Part shown: positions 14,586 through 32,321 of the stretch, piece after piece
Layout of the letters: each line of letters starts with the position of its first letter
Position numbering within the stretch: position 1 is the stretch's first letter
Assembly: GCF_009914755.1 (NCBI RefSeq)
Contig: NC_060929.1
Direction: 5' to 3' (one strand)
DNA: 64,000 bases
From: the human T2T-CHM13v2.0 reference genome, Homo sapiens
Program-made: the position numbers and the translations under genes
Notes under the pieces: generated by a model
Database searches by the model: none
What the model saw: the letters and a program-made list of their open reading frames with translations, nothing else
Told to the model about the DNA's origin: nothing

Positions 14586-14775
14586 GCCAGTCACAGCGCA
14601 TATGCCTATAATCCCAGCTGCTCAGGAGTCTGAGACGGGGGATCAAGAGATCTTTGAACCAGGAGTTCAAAGCTGCAGTATACTGTAATCATGCCTGTGA
14701 ATAGGCACTACACTCCAGCCTGGGCAATATAATAGCAAGATCCCTTCTCAAAAAAAAAAAAAGAAAAGAAAGAAA
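14586..14775 (+). mobile_element. Alu monomer (FRAM/AluJ right arm)
   Basis: gcctataatcccagct...cactccagcctgggc...poly-A. Confidence 0.8.
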
Positions 14776-15194
14776 AATTCTGTATATTCAATTACATCAT
14801 CTTCTACATTTCTATTGATGTCTTTAAAATGTGCCATCTAGAAGCGTAATAAGAAAAATATTTTTGTTCTTAATGTTTAAGATATTACAGATTTTCCTCA
14901 CAGAGTGTAGTTCAAGTTATTGTGCCATTTTAAACTTATGCCACTTTAAACATTTAGTGCCATATTAAACCTCAATACATTAAACTAATTTCTTCAATGT
15001 TTTCCAAGATATTTTTTAGAATAAAGTTCTGTAACGTTGGTAAATGGTTGTGTTACTGAAAAAATAGTTTACTTTAAAAATAAACTTTTGAATTGAGAAA
15101 ATTGAAACATGTTTCAGGCTAAAGCATAACAAAAGTATATTTTATTCACATTTATAAATATACTTCTAACTTTGATTCTTTTCATCACCCTTAG

Positions 15195-15248
15195 GTTGCA
15201 GCATGCAGAGATACTGGATATGACTGGTTTGAGCAACTGCTTCAAAAC
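15195..15248 (+). CDS. NIPBL: NIPBL exon 32 (54 nt)
   Basis: ccttag|GTT...AAC|gtgagt; VAACRDTGYDWFEQLLQN. Confidence 0.95.
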
Positions 15249-15416
15249 GTGAGTGTTCTTTTGACTCCTGATAACCTAAAATTTAATAGGTTAGTTTTTT
15301 GTTGTTGGTGTTTTTTTTTTTTTGGACTGTATGATTTAAAAGAACCTTTTTAGTTCTTTTGGTAGGGAAAATTTATTTCAATATGTTAGGCTGGATGATT
15401 TTGTTAATTTCTATAA

Positions 15417-15824
<408 letters not shown>

Positions 15825-16168
15825 TAATTTTTTTTCTTTAATCTCTGTGATTAATAGATACAAGATTTATAAATGGATCAATATATTGCATTAAAAATAT
15901 AATTACATGATTTAGTATGTTATGCATAGAATTTCCTTTAGTAGTACAGAGTCAAACCACAACTAGTGGGTTTTTTTTAAGTTTCATAAATAGAAATGTT
16001 TATCTCCCTATGAATTGTTAAATTTTTTATTTTAGAAAATTTCACACAGGCAGAAATATCCATCACCCAGCTTCAAAAATTATCAGCATTTTCCCAGTCT
16101 TGTTATAGCTATCCTTCCCCTATCTGGTTTTCTCCTTTTCTTTCTTTCTTCTTTTGTTTTCCATAATA

Positions 16169-16476
16169 CTTTTTTTTTTTTTTTTTTTTTGAGATAGAGT
16201 CTCACTCTGTTGCCCAAACTGGAGTGCAGTGGCGCCATCTTGGCCGGCTCACTGCAACCTCCGCCTCCTGGGTTCAAGGGTTTCTCCTACCTCAGCCTCC
16301 CAAGTAGCTGGGGTTACAGGCACTTGCCACCACACCCAGCTAATTTTTGTATTTTTAGTAGAGATGAAGTTTCGCCATGTTGGCCAGGCTGGTCTCAAAC
16401 TCCTGACCTCAGGTGATCTGCCCACCTCGGCCTCCCAAAGTGCTGAGATACAGGTGTGGGCCACCATGCCCAGCCT
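16169..16476 (-). mobile_element. AluS antisense
   Basis: Poly-T followed by full antisense Alu; TSD taatacttt. Confidence 0.92.
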
Positions 16477-17039
16477 GTAATACTTTTAAAACAAAGGCCA
16501 AACTTTATATTATCTCATTCATAAATACTTTAGCATCTATCTATCTGTAGCAGATGACTTTTTTAAAAAATTATCATTTATACCAAAATAATAATGCATT
16601 ATTCCATAACTAATACCTATTCAGTGTTCATATTTTCCTGTCTCAAAAATGTATTTTTATAGTTGGTTTGCAGTTGCTTTGGTTGATATACTCTTAAGTC
16701 TCTTATGTTAGTTTGCCCCTTACCTCCCTTTTCTCATGCGACTTGTATGTTTTTCTGTAGAATCTCCCACATTCTGGATTTAATAGTCCACTTTTTTTCT
16801 GGTGTCATTTAAGTTGTTCCTCTATCCACCAGTTTTCAAGTAAACTCTTAGTGAAATCTAGAGGCTTAATATGATTAAAGTTCAATTTTTAATCTAGGAG
16901 ACAAATACCTCATAGGTGGTGTTGAATATTATTGCATCACAGCAGGAAGCACATATCTAGTTGTCTCATTTTCAGTGATTGATCTTTGATGAATTTAAGT
17001 GATGATATACAGTCATGTAACGTCCAACACAATGAACAT

Positions 17040-17600
17040 ACAGGATTTCACCCTAAAATGCCTTTTTGCAGTTGATCCTCTCTTCCTGGCCCTAGAAAAC
17101 TATTGATCTACTTTTTCTCACTGTAGTTGTACCTTTTCATGTACATTGTTCCTATCAATGGAGTCATACAGTATGTAATCTTGTGTTTGACTTTTTAAAC
17201 TTAGAATGTTGATTCATTCTTGTTGCTAATATATTAATATATCTTTTTATTACTGAGTAGTTTCAGTAGTGTGGATATATCATAATTTCTTTATCATTCA
17301 CCATTTTGTGGACTTTGGGGTTCTTTCCAGTTTGGGGTGTTATGAATAATGCTTCTGTGAATATTGGTGTGTAAGGTTTTGTGTAGATGTATGTTTTCAT
17401 TTATCTTGGGTAAACTCCCAGGAATGTGATTACAGGGTCATATGGTGAGTGAGAAACTGCCAAAATGTTTTTCCAAAATTGCTAAACCATTTTTCATTTC
17501 CACCATCAGTGTATGAAAGTTCCGGTTGCTCCACATCCTCACCAGTTCTCATTATTGTCACTTTTTTTAAAACTTTAGCCATTTTGGTGTGGTGGTAAAA
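17040..17600 (-). mobile_element. L1M fragment, antisense
   Basis: ttccagtttgggg...atgaataatgcttctgtgaatatt...cttgggtaaa...ttccggttgctccacatcctcaccag. Confidence 0.8.
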
Positions 17601-18531
17601 GTAGTACATTACTTTCTTAAGATGTCTTTTTTAAAAAACCTTCATGGTGTTTTCAATGTGTAATCTTAGACTGTCTTCTTAAATCATCTTTCATTTCATA
17701 TTTTTACATGATATATTTGGCATCATTTCTTTCCTAAATCAAATAGTTAGCTCTATATCATAGAACCTTATGACCACCTTAGTTAAGTTTATGTCAGCCA
17801 TCCCAAAAGGTACATCATGATTTCTAAAAGGCTCTAAATCATATATTTCATTTGATAGTTATTATAAATGATCAAGTAAGAATTCAATGTAATTATCAGA
17901 AATGTCACTATTTAGGATTACTAAAAAGAATCTACAATAATGTCATCTTGTATTAGCAAATTAGAAGCAGAAGGGACATGACCAGATTTATACTCTCTTA
18001 ACAATGATAGTTTTACTTGTACATTCTTTGTATCTTTATTCTCTAGTCCCATTTATTTAGTTAGTAAGTTAGTTTATCCATCCTATTCATGCTCTCTATT
18101 CTATGCTTTCCTACTTTAGTTTCTGCCAGCAACTTAGTTTACCAATGATATTGTGACTTTGTGATATATTTCCTTATACTAGCAGAGTTTGGTTTAGTGA
18201 AAGAAAGCAAACTCATATATATATATATGACAGAGACATAACTACTCTGAGCAATTATAACATATATGCATAAATGTTAAGAAAAGCTAGGAAGGATATA
18301 AAGAATGGACTGCTGGAGTTATTACAAATTCTTGAGTCCAGAATAATTAACATGCTTACTGTTTTTACATGAGCACATATGCATGCATTGCATTCAGTCC
18401 AATTTCAGATATTTCTAATTTTTATTTTTGGATTGGGTTTTTGGGGTTTGTTGTTGTTGTTTGTTTTTTGTAGATCATTGACTCTCCCCATTTATTGAAT
18501 TTTTTTTTAGGGAAACTTGAAGTACTACTAA

Positions 18532-19134
<603 letters not shown>

Positions 19135-19539
19135 TAAATGTATGGTGCTATCATTCCTTTATAACCTTTAACAATTCATAGTTTTTTGGCATTTTTCAGT
19201 AGGATGTGGAAGATTAACTTCTGTCCTGAAGGTCCTCACATTTTTTTTATTTCTAAAATGTACTCCAGTTAGTTTAAACCACTACCATAAATTGAGTAGC
19301 CCTTTATGACAGTCTTCTTCAAAAAACACATTGATAGCCATGTGATGGGTACACAAAAATTAAATAGATTTTACAGTGCCATTCATTTTAATTACTTAAG
19401 ATCTAAGACTGACCATTTTCTAGTTTGTAAGGAAAATACAGGCAATGAAAAACAGTTAAGAGTAACCTGTTTCATCTCTTCCTGTCCTTTGTAATCCAGA
19501 GCAAGATCTTTCCGAGTTTACAATAAAATATTTTATCTC

Positions 19540-20130
19540 TATCAACCAGTGAATGGATAAATAAACTATGACAATCCCATGCAATTTAATAGTACTCCAC
19601 ATCAAAAAGGAACAGGGTATTAATACATACAGCAACATAGATAAATAATGAAAACATTGTGCAGAGTAAAAGAAGCCTTACGTAGAAGAGTACATATTAT
19701 AATTCCATTTATACAAAATTCTAGGAGAGGTAAAACTAATCTATACTGGAAAAAATCAGAAGAGTGGCTGCAGGGAGCTGGGGATTGACTGGGAAAGGAC
19801 ATGAGGGAACTTTCAGGGATGATAGTTATGGTCCCTATCAGTGGTTCTAAAGGTTACCAGCATTACCTGGAGTTTTATTAGAAATGCAAATTCTTAGGCC
19901 CTACTCCAGACTTAATTCATCAGTAACTCTGAGGGTAGAGCCCATCATTCTGTATTTTAACAGTCTCTCTCCAGATGATTCAGATATAAGTTGACGATTG
20001 AGAACAACTGTTCTGTATATTGGTGTAGGGACTTGAGTTACAGTGGTGAATGCATTTGACAAAACTGAGCAAATGTACACTAAAAATTTGTGCATTTTAT
20101 TGCATGTACATTTTATCTCAAGGAAAAAAC
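19540..20130 (+). mobile_element. L1M 3' end with nested MER5A (about 19839-20015)
   Basis: gaatggataaataaac...aattccatttatacaaaattctagga; cagtggttct...gaaatgcaaattcttaggccc...tgagaacaactg. Confidence 0.75.
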
Positions 20131-20202
20131 GGGGAGTATACTGAAGTCTCCAGTTTACCTTGAAATGCATTGAAAGTAAAATGGATATAGGTGTGTGTGT
20201 AT

Positions 20203-20220
20203 GCATATGCATACATGTAT

Positions 20221-20276
<56 letters not shown>

Positions 20277-20285
20277 TGTGTGTGT
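20203..20285. repeat. (TG)n microsatellite
   Basis: About 25 perfect TG units at 20223-20274. Confidence 0.95.
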
Positions 20286-20324
20286 TCATCCCAGCAGAAA
20301 AAATCTTAAAGGTAGGATCCAGGA

Positions 20325-20620
20325 GCCAGGCTCAGTAGCTTGCACCCAGAATCCCAGCCTCTTAGAAGGTTGAGGCAGGAGGATCATTTGAAGCCTGGAG
20401 TTTTAGACCAACCTGGACAATGTACTGAGACCCCATCTCTGAAAAACATAAATAAATAAAATTAACTGGGCATTGTGGCCTGTGCCTGTAAATTCAGCTA
20501 CGTGGGAGGCAGAGGCAGGAGGATCACTTGAGCCCAGGAGTTTTAGGCTGCAGTGAACTATGATTGTGCCACTGCCCTTTCTTCTGGGGAACAGAGTGAG
20601 ACTCTATCTCACTCACCAAA
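20325..20620 (+). mobile_element. AluJ (diverged)
   Basis: Diverged dimeric Alu. Confidence 0.85.
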
Positions 20621-20899
20621 AATGTTTTTAATGGTAGAATCTAGATGATGGTCGTTAGAGAGTGTTCATGATAAAACTTTTTTCAACTCTTTTGTTTGGC
20701 TGAAATTTTTCGTAATATTAAGATGGTGTAAAAAATATACCTGTATCACTGAGAATGTTGGTACCTTTAAAAGATATTTTTTAAGTGAGCAAGCTAAATT
20801 ATACTTTAAAAAAATTTTATGCACCTTGATTACTTCTTATTTATATTATAAGTGCATGGCTAATATATGTGTGTAGGTTAACATTAAAGTAGAAGAAAT

Positions 20900-23128
<2,229 letters not shown>

Positions 23129-23349
23129 TTAATAGCTGCTTTAAGGAAATTAGAGAATGGGGCAGGAAGAATTTGCGGTTCATAGTTGAAACCTAGTACA
23201 TTGAAGCTGTCTGCTTTATTTATTTCTTCAAATTGGAGGAAAAGGGGCAGTGTGTGTGTTATGTTACTCTGGTTGCTGTCAGTTGTTTTAATCATTTATG
23301 CATCTTGTGGGGAAAGTTTAAGCTTGTGCTGCCCAAGCTTGTGCCCAAC

Positions 23350-23540
23350 TGTAAGCCACATGCATTTTTTTAAATGTTAACTTAATTTCAATTTTTATTT
23401 TATTTAATTTTAATTTCTCAGTCACAGTAGGTACATTGCAAGTGCTTAATAACTGCATGTGACTCTTGGAAACCATATTGGACAGCAAAGATATAGAATA
23501 TTTCCATTATTGCAGAGAAAGTTATATTTAACAGCAGTGG
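23350..23540. mobile_element. MER3/MER33-like hAT relic
   Basis: ctcagtcaca...caagtgcttaat...ccatattggacagca...atagaatatttccattattgcaga. Confidence 0.65.
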
Positions 23541-24168
23541 AACTCTTCACAGAAATCAAATACACATTTAGATTCCTTCAATATCCCCAGAATTAGATTA
23601 GCTAGCTTTTCTTAGGAAAACAGATATACCTTATGACTTTTCTGTTGACCTTTGATTATGAAAGATTAGATTGGTTTTACTTTTTAGCTATATTTAGAAT
23701 GAGCTCTATCCTCATCTCATTATTCATAACACTTTTCTAGCATTGTTTGTGATTTTGCAAAGGATAATGCAGAAAAGAAATCTACCGTTATGTTTTATAA
23801 TTGCCTTTTAAGGTGCAATTCAGATGCAGTTATTAATTATTTAAAATAATTCAACTAGTATTATGTGATACTGTGTTTTTGATTGGAATAGGGAGAAAGG
23901 GAAGGTCATCTTTTCTACATCTTTCACGTATTACCTTAGGTCTTACACAGCAATTTAAGTACTTTGTAGTAAAATTGTTTGAAAGTATTGGTAAATTACT
24001 GGTTTATAAGATATTTTTAAACATATATATTTTTGTTTTATTAATTTGCACTTTGAGTATTAAATTGTTAATGACAAATTGAAAAGTATGTTACTTATGG
24101 ACACTTTTAATGTGTTTATATTATTATTGCCTAATGAATAATTATACCGGGATTTTTTTTTCTTTTTT

Positions 24169-24211
24169 GTATATATATATGTATATATATATATATATAT
24201 ATGTATATATA
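24169..24211. repeat. Interrupted (TA)n microsatellite abutting the exon 33 acceptor
   Basis: Directly visible. Confidence 0.95.
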
Positions 24212-24212
24212 G

Positions 24213-24321
24213 TTGTTGAAGTCCGAAGAGGATTCCTCATATAAACCTGTGAAGAAAGCTTGTACTCAACTTGTTGATAACCTAGTTGAGCACATTCTTA
24301 AATATGAGGAATCTCTAGCTG
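24213..24321 (+). CDS. NIPBL: NIPBL exon 33 (109 nt)
   Basis: tatatag|TTG...GCTG|gtaaga; LLKSEEDSSYKPVKKACTQLVDNLVEHILKYEESLA. Confidence 0.95.
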
Positions 24322-24938
24322 GTAAGACATTTTATATATATATTGATCTTTAGTTGATTTTATAAGATATTTTTAAATATTTTGAGTAAATTTCTCATTT
24401 TTGCCTCTGGCTCTGCTTGTCTAATGATTACTTCACTTTTAAATGAAATACATTTTTGTTATATAGGTATCTGTTTGATGTTGCATCCTAGATTATATTA
24501 AGATTGACTAAGATTATCTAGAGCATTGTAATAAAAGCATGGGCCTCACCTCTTTCACATATCTTTTAATAGCATATTATAATTTTAGATGTCATATTGA
24601 ATAGGAGTAAAAATCCAGGGGCTAATATGTATCTAGCTAATGATACTCATCACAAAACTGATATCTCCTAAGTCATATAAAATTATGTCTCAAAATGAAA
24701 TTGTTTTAGCTATTATAAAAATGTTTTTTAAAGATTTATATTACATTCCTAATATTTATTATTTATAATTGTTACATAAAGTTTGCTTAATCTTGAGCTA
24801 GAAATTTATTAAAATGTTTAAAATCACAAATTATTTAAGTACTTAATATTTTATATTATCTCACATTATTTACCAATCACAAATCTGAAGTTTTTTAATC
24901 AATTATAAATAAATGATTACTTAAGAAATATAAAAATT

Positions 24939-25469
<531 letters not shown>

Positions 25470-25818
25470 TTTTTTTTCCATGTGTACCTCTTTTTTTTCT
25501 TTTTATCTCCTTGTTCCGTTTTTTTATTTTTCCCCATCCTGGAATTTAGGGGTGATACTGATGTCCCTTAATGTTAAAAAGTTGCTAATTTCCTCTAAAA
25601 ATTTGTTTCCTAAGAACCAGTGTATTTCCTGATTAGCAACATTTTCTTCCCACCTGAACAGCATTTTGTTTAGAGCTGTCTTATAGCATTGTTCCAATTT
25701 CTGTTTGTTGCTCCCATTTTTTAACATTCTTCTACTGCAACAACATGTCTTTTTGTACCAGTACCCTTAAACACAGTTTCACCTCAGCTAAATTGCTTTT
25801 TTTCCCATATTCACTTCC

Positions 25819-26123
25819 TTTTTTTTTTTTTTTTTTTTTTAAAGACAGGGTCTCACTCTGTCACCCAGGCTGGGGTGTAGTGGCGCAATCATAGCTCAAT
25901 GCAGCCTAGAACTCCTGGGCTGAAGCAATCCTCCCACCTCGGCCTCCCGAGTAACTGAGACTACAAGTGCACATCACCACACCGGGCTAATTTTTTATTT
26001 TTCTGTAGAGATGCAGTTTTTGCGTGTTGTCCAGGCTGATCTCAGATTCCTAGACTCAAACCTTCTTCCTGTGATGGCCTCCCAAAGTGCTGGGATTACA
26101 GGTGTGAGCCATCACACACAGCC
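25819..26123 (-). mobile_element. AluJ antisense
   Basis: Poly-T followed by diverged antisense Alu. Confidence 0.88.
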
Positions 26124-26435
26124 CATTGATTTTAGATAAAACCAATACGACATTTATTCCCAAAAGCCCATTCCTAAGCTTCCCAATTTCCATTAGTATA
26201 AAACTTGCCTTCTATAGAGAGCATGGCCTCTTGTTCTTTATCTTGAGTATTATTTCTATATCAAAGAAAAAATGAGATGGAGAAAGTCTAGTATCATAAG
26301 AACTACTAATTCATTATATTGAGGCCTATACTGGACCTATTTAGGGGATAATATTAAGTAATTTAAATAATATTCTGTATAGTTTCCACTACCTTGTCAT
26401 ATTTTAGTGTCTTATTTCTCTGTTTGTTTTTCCAG

Positions 26436-26572
26436 ACTCTGACAATAAAGGTGTGAATTCTGGAAGATTGGTAGCTTGCATAACCACTTTGTTCTTATTC
26501 AGCAAAATAAGACCCCAGCTCATGGTTAAACATGCAATGACTATGCAACCATACCTTACCACTAAATGTAGT
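26436..26572 (+). CDS. NIPBL: NIPBL exon 34 (137 nt)
   Basis: ttccag|AC...AGT|gtaagt; (D)SDNKGVNSGRLVACITTLFLFSKIRPQLMVKHAMTMQPYLTTKCS. Confidence 0.96.
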
Positions 26573-26935
26573 GTAAGTATAGAGCTGTCTTATTCTTGTA
26601 TCTTACATAAAACATTAAGTGCTTTAAATTTAGAGTTCACATGCGTCAACCACATTCTCACTGACAGATCAACTGTGTCATTTACTTAGATATATGTACT
26701 ATTTGTAGCAAGTGATCTATAAACATCAAGTCTGACATAAATAAAGTTCAGGTTCCATTTTGCTGTAAACTCCTCAAGCCAAACCCTCAGTAGATGCTTA
26801 CTAAATGTTATAGCTATTGTTAAGATCTCAAAATGAATGAAGCAGAGTTCCTCTCTTTGAGAAATTTACTATCTTTTGGGTCCTGAATTTACTTTTCATT
26901 TGTCTGTCATTTATAATATAATAAATATAAAAATT

Positions 26936-27118
26936 GATACCCATTGCTTGAAGCACACAAAGACTAGCATTACTTCCCATCTAATGCACATTAATAAGGA
27001 ACAGTAGTCAACCTCGGTCATTCTCCAAAATTGAGAGCCAGTAGCCTCTAACAGAGGTCCATTTATGGCACCTAAGGAAATTGTTGATATGCTTTATATT
27101 TTTCATACAGTCTTTTTT
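26936..27118 (+). repeat. Copy 2 of an approximately 180-bp direct duplication
   Basis: About 91% identical by hand alignment to 25288-25469. Confidence 0.92.
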
Positions 27119-27339
27119 AATTTTTTATATTTTATAAATATATTTTATTTTTATAATAGAACAATATATTAAATATGGAAAATCTATAATATCATACCAG
27201 AGATGTTAGGCTGTTAATATTAACATACACTATGTTTTTCTAAAATAAGGTGTGAGTAGTAAGACATTGCTTAAGTAAAATTATCCATCAAATAAAGATT
27301 TTAAAGTATATATGACAGCATAGTGAGTTACGTGGTTTA

Positions 27340-27970
27340 CATGTATAATGTCATTTGCTTTATGAAGTAGGTACTATTATCTCTGTTTTACAGATAAGGA
27401 AACTGAAGCTTAAAGAGTATAAGTAACTGCTAAAAATTTGAAATTTTAAAATACTCTAAAAACTTAACAAATATAAAGGTTTCTCACATACTGTGTTCCT
27501 AATGTTCCTAAGGAGCTAATTTTAACTGTTTCTCTGCTGCATTTGTTTTGCTGCTGTGGTCAGTTTTTTTGATTATCCAAATTACAAGCTCTAGGTGAAA
27601 ACCTCAGGACTTCCTGAGAAAACTTTAAGAACTGAGGAGAGTAGTAAAGGATAATAAATACCTAAAAACAACATGCATTTACTTCTGAGACACTAATTCT
27701 ATCTTTAGGGTTCGTATTAGATCCAGAAATAAATTGTTTAATAATTGTGGCTAATAATAGCTAATAATTTTTTAGCACAGTACCAAGCACTGTGAAAATT
27801 TTACATGTATTATCTCATTAACTTTGTGAAGTAAGTACTATTATGATCTCAGTTTTACAGATAAGGAAATGAAAGCTTAAAGAATATAAATAACTGGCCC
27901 AATGTCACAGAGCTAAGCAGTCCCAAAGTTAGAATTCAGCCCCATGTCTGCCAGTAGAGTCTGGACTATA
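27340..27970 (-). mobile_element. Two MIR fragments (about 27340-27430 and 27755-27970)
   Basis: MIR core ttttacagataaggaaa..gaagcttaaaga in both. Confidence 0.75.
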
Positions 27971-28984
27971 ATGAAACCTGTTATATATTATTTATATCAT
28001 AAATAGTCCTTGCATGATTTTGAACCAGTGATTTTTTTAAAACAAAATCACTTTTAAAATGTCTTGTGCATTTTTTATGTATGTATGTACACAAATATAA
28101 AGTTGTATATAAATAAGAGTATCTCATACATGGTAAACTTTTTCTTAATGTTTTGTGGTTTTGATTTTTGTTTTTATATCCTATCTCCATCTTTATTCAT
28201 CTTCCCTTCAGAATAAACATCTTAGAGTATCCTTAACATACTTTTATAGTTGTGGACACAGAGGTATATATAAATGGTTGACCGGGTTTTGTAAAAATTG
28301 AATCATATTATATAGATATTTGTTAGGCATATTTGGTAATCTCACATTACCTGGTATATATCTAATTCCTTGTTTTAGATGGCTATATATTATCCATTTT
28401 ATGGATGTCCTATGATTTATTTAATCATTTCCCTATTTGGCAGGTGTTTACATATTTCCTTTGGATCACCACTACAAACAATTTTTAAATAAACATTCCA
28501 ATTTAAATACCTAAGTACTGGTGACTTTATTTTGTTGGAACAGTTTCTGAGAAGTGGACTTGCTAGGTTGAAACAATGGTTATTTTGGTGTTCATTTTTA
28601 ATTGATCTTGCCATTTTGCAGTGGATGTGTTTTATACAACCTTTTGGAAAGCTGTATGTGACAATCATTGTCATTATTTAGTATTCTTTGCCAGTCTAAC
28701 AGGTGGTAAGGAATAATTCATTATTGCTTCAGTTTCCTTCCCTGACTGCAAAGAAGGTTGAGCATCTTTTCTTGGTACTGACCAGTGGGGCTTGCTTTTC
28801 TGTTAATTCACTATTTATATCATTTTCATATCATTCGTTCATTTTACCTTTGAATAATAGGCTTTTTTTTTTAGGAGAGCTCTTTATTTTAGATATTAAA
28901 CCATCTTATAGTATATTCATTACAAATATTTTTTCCTATTCTGTTCTGTTGCTCTTTTACTTAATGGTTTCCATCTTTCTTTAA

Positions 28985-29697
<713 letters not shown>

Positions 29698-29988
29698 CAC
29701 TACATTTTTTTTTTTTTTAAGTAAAATGCTAGCACTGGTTCTCAAATGAATATCTTACCCAACAAAAATTCTTCTATCCCTAGACCCACTTTAACTCATT
29801 ATGGGAAACAACAGGATTTCTATGCTACTTAAAAAGAATTTATCTTTTCTTTTTAATCCTGTGGGGATCCTAAAAGGAAGGATGAATATGATGTGGGAAT
29901 TTCTTTTTTTTGTAATTAATACTCCTACAAGCCAAGTGGTGGGAATGTTTTTAACTAGTGTGTTAATGCACTCAAAAAGTCCAAAATG

Positions 29989-30278
29989 GGCTGGGCACGG
30001 TGGCTCACGCCTGTAATCCCAGCACTTTGGGAGGCCGAGGCAGGCGGATCACGAGGTCAGGAGTTCAAGACCAGCCTGGCCAGCATGGTGAAACCCTGTC
30101 TCTACTAAAAATACAAAAATTAGCCAAGCATGGTGGTGCGCACCTATAGTCCCAGCTCCTCGACAGGCTAAAGCAGGAGAATCGCTTGAACCTTGGAGGC
30201 GGAGGTTGCAGTGAGCCGAGACTGTGCTACTGCACTTCCGCCTGGGTGACAGAACGAGGCTCTGTGTCAAAAAAAAAA
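29989..30278 (+). mobile_element. AluS (Sg-like)
   Basis: Full Alu; TSD aaaaagtccaaaat. Confidence 0.92.
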
Positions 30279-30343
30279 GTCCAAAATCTATGCCGGTAAT
30301 CCATTACTAACAATGAGGATTAGTAGCTTAAAAACTAGATTAA

Positions 30344-30687
30344 GGCTGGACATGATGGCTCACACCTGTAATCCCAGCACTTTGGGAGGCCGAGGCAGGC
30401 AGATCACAAAGTGTGGAGTTTAAGACCAGCCTGGCCAATATGGTGAAACCCCATCTCTACTAAAAATACAAAAATTAGCCAGGCGTGGTGGCAGGCTAGT
30501 TGTCGATCCATATTCCCGACATGCTGGTGCTTCTCCTTCCATGCCTCCAGCTACTCTGGAGGCTGAGGAGAATCACTTGAACTCAGGAGGCGGAGGTTGC
30601 AGTGAGCCAAGATCGCGCCACTGCATTCCAGCCTGGATGACAGAGCGAGACTCCGTCTCAAAAAAAAAAAAGAAAGGAAAAAAAAAA
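30344..30687 (+). mobile_element. AluS carrying a 50-bp foreign insertion
   Basis: Full Alu, TSD aaaaactagattaa; non-Alu sequence at 30497-30546. Confidence 0.9.
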
Positions 30688-30720
30688 ACTAGATTAAAAA
30701 CATGCATTGAAAGCCTTACT

Positions 30721-30757
<37 letters not shown>

Positions 30758-30946
30758 TATAACTTTGATTGCCTTTGGGGAAATGAACTGGGTGGCTGGA
30801 GGATAGATAGAAACAAGACTTTTTATTGTAAATCCTTTTCTACCTTTTGGTTTTTTTTAAAAAGTCTCTACCTGTTTTTTTAAACATGCTTATTAGTTTT
30901 TCTAATCAAAGAAATAACACATTTAAATTTAAAATAAAGAAGTCCT

Positions 30947-31530
30947 AGGCTGAGCATGGTGGCCCACACCTGTAATCCCAGTACTTTGGGTGGCCAAGGC
31001 AGGAGGATCACTTGAGGCCAGGAATTCAAAACCAGCCTGCGCAACATAGTGAGACCCTGTCTCTACAAAAATGAAAATTAAGGCCGGACGCAGTTTCTCA
31101 CACCTGTAATCCCAGCACTTTGGGAGGCCGAGGCAGGTGGATCACGAGGTCGTGAGTCCTAGACCAGCCTGGCCAAGATGGTGAAACCCCGTCTCTACTA
31201 AAAATACAAAAATTAGCCAGGCATGGTGGTGGGCGCCTGTAATCCCAGCTACTCGGGTGGCTGAGTCAGGGGGTTGCTTGAACCCGGGAGGCAGAGGTTG
31301 CAGTGAGCCAAGATCATGCCACTGCACTCCAGCCTGGGCAACAGAGCAAGACTCTGTCTCAAAAAAAAAAAAAGACAATTAAAAAATTAACCGGGTGTGG
31401 TATTATGCGCCTGTAGTCCTAGCTACTCGAGAGACTGTCAGGAAAATCGCTCAAGCTCAGGAGCAGGATTGCATTGAGCTGTGATTGTGCCACTGCACTC
31501 CAACCTGGGCAATTGAGCAAGACTGTGTTT
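30947..31530 (+). mobile_element. AluJ with an AluS (31082-31373) nested in its linker
   Basis: J left arm, full S element, J right arm. Confidence 0.87.
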
Positions 31531-31601
31531 CTTAGAAGTAAAGAAGCCTTCTGCCTGGTTCTGGGATTCTACATGTTTATCTGTCATAGAAAATTTTAAC
31601 A

Positions 31602-31821
31602 CAGGGTTTCTCAACCTCAGCACTATTGACAGGACTAGATGATTCTTTGTTGTCAAGGATTGTTCTGTGCATTGCAGGTTGTTAAGCAGCATCCCTGGCC
31701 TCTATCCACTAGATGCCAGTAGTGGCTCCCATTGTGACAACCAAAAATGTCTCCAGATACTGCCAAATACTCCTGTGTCAGGATACGGGGGAAGAAGCTT
31801 ATTCCTGATTGAGAACTACTG
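31602..31821. mobile_element. MER20 hAT relic
   Basis: cagggtttctcaacctcagcactattgaca...agcagcatccctggcctctatccactagatgccagtag...ttgagaactactg. Confidence 0.9.
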
Positions 31822-32180
31822 GGTTAACATACACAGTTTGGAAAATACTAATCGTAAAAACTGTACCAGTCTTTGTATAATGCTGTCAATATGTAAATAC
31901 CTTTGTTTAGAATTGACTTGTGTTACATTTTAGGGAAAAAATATAACATTGTGATTAAGTGACCCCAAAGTCACATTTTGGTAAGTTAGTTGTCGGTACA
32001 TATTCCTGACATGCTGGTGCTTCTCCTTCCATACCTTGAAAAAAAAACTCTAACAGACTTTTTTTTTTAACTGGACCTTTACGTGCAAAATGCCCTATTT
32101 CTGCCCCCAAATACGTAAAGCTGTATATAGTTTCTTTTCAGGTTTTGGATATTCATAAAGCATTAATTTTATTCTTATAG

Positions 32181-32321
32181 ACGCAAAATGATTTCATGGT
32201 TATCTGCAATGTTGCAAAAATCCTAGAGCTAGTTGTACCACTGATGGAGCATCCAAGTGAAACTTTTCTTGCCACTATTGAGGAAGATCTAATGAAGCTC
32301 ATCATCAAATATGGCATGACT
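32181..32321 (+). CDS. NIPBL: NIPBL exon 35 (141 nt)
   Basis: ttatag|ACG...ACT|gtaagc; TQNDFMVICNVAKILELVVPLMEHPSETFLATIEEDLMKLIIKYGMT. Confidence 0.96.

Noticed and set aside
27361-27900. Two similar 70-bp segments about 465 bp apart that look like a duplication
   Set aside because: Both are the conserved MIR core; independent insertions suffice
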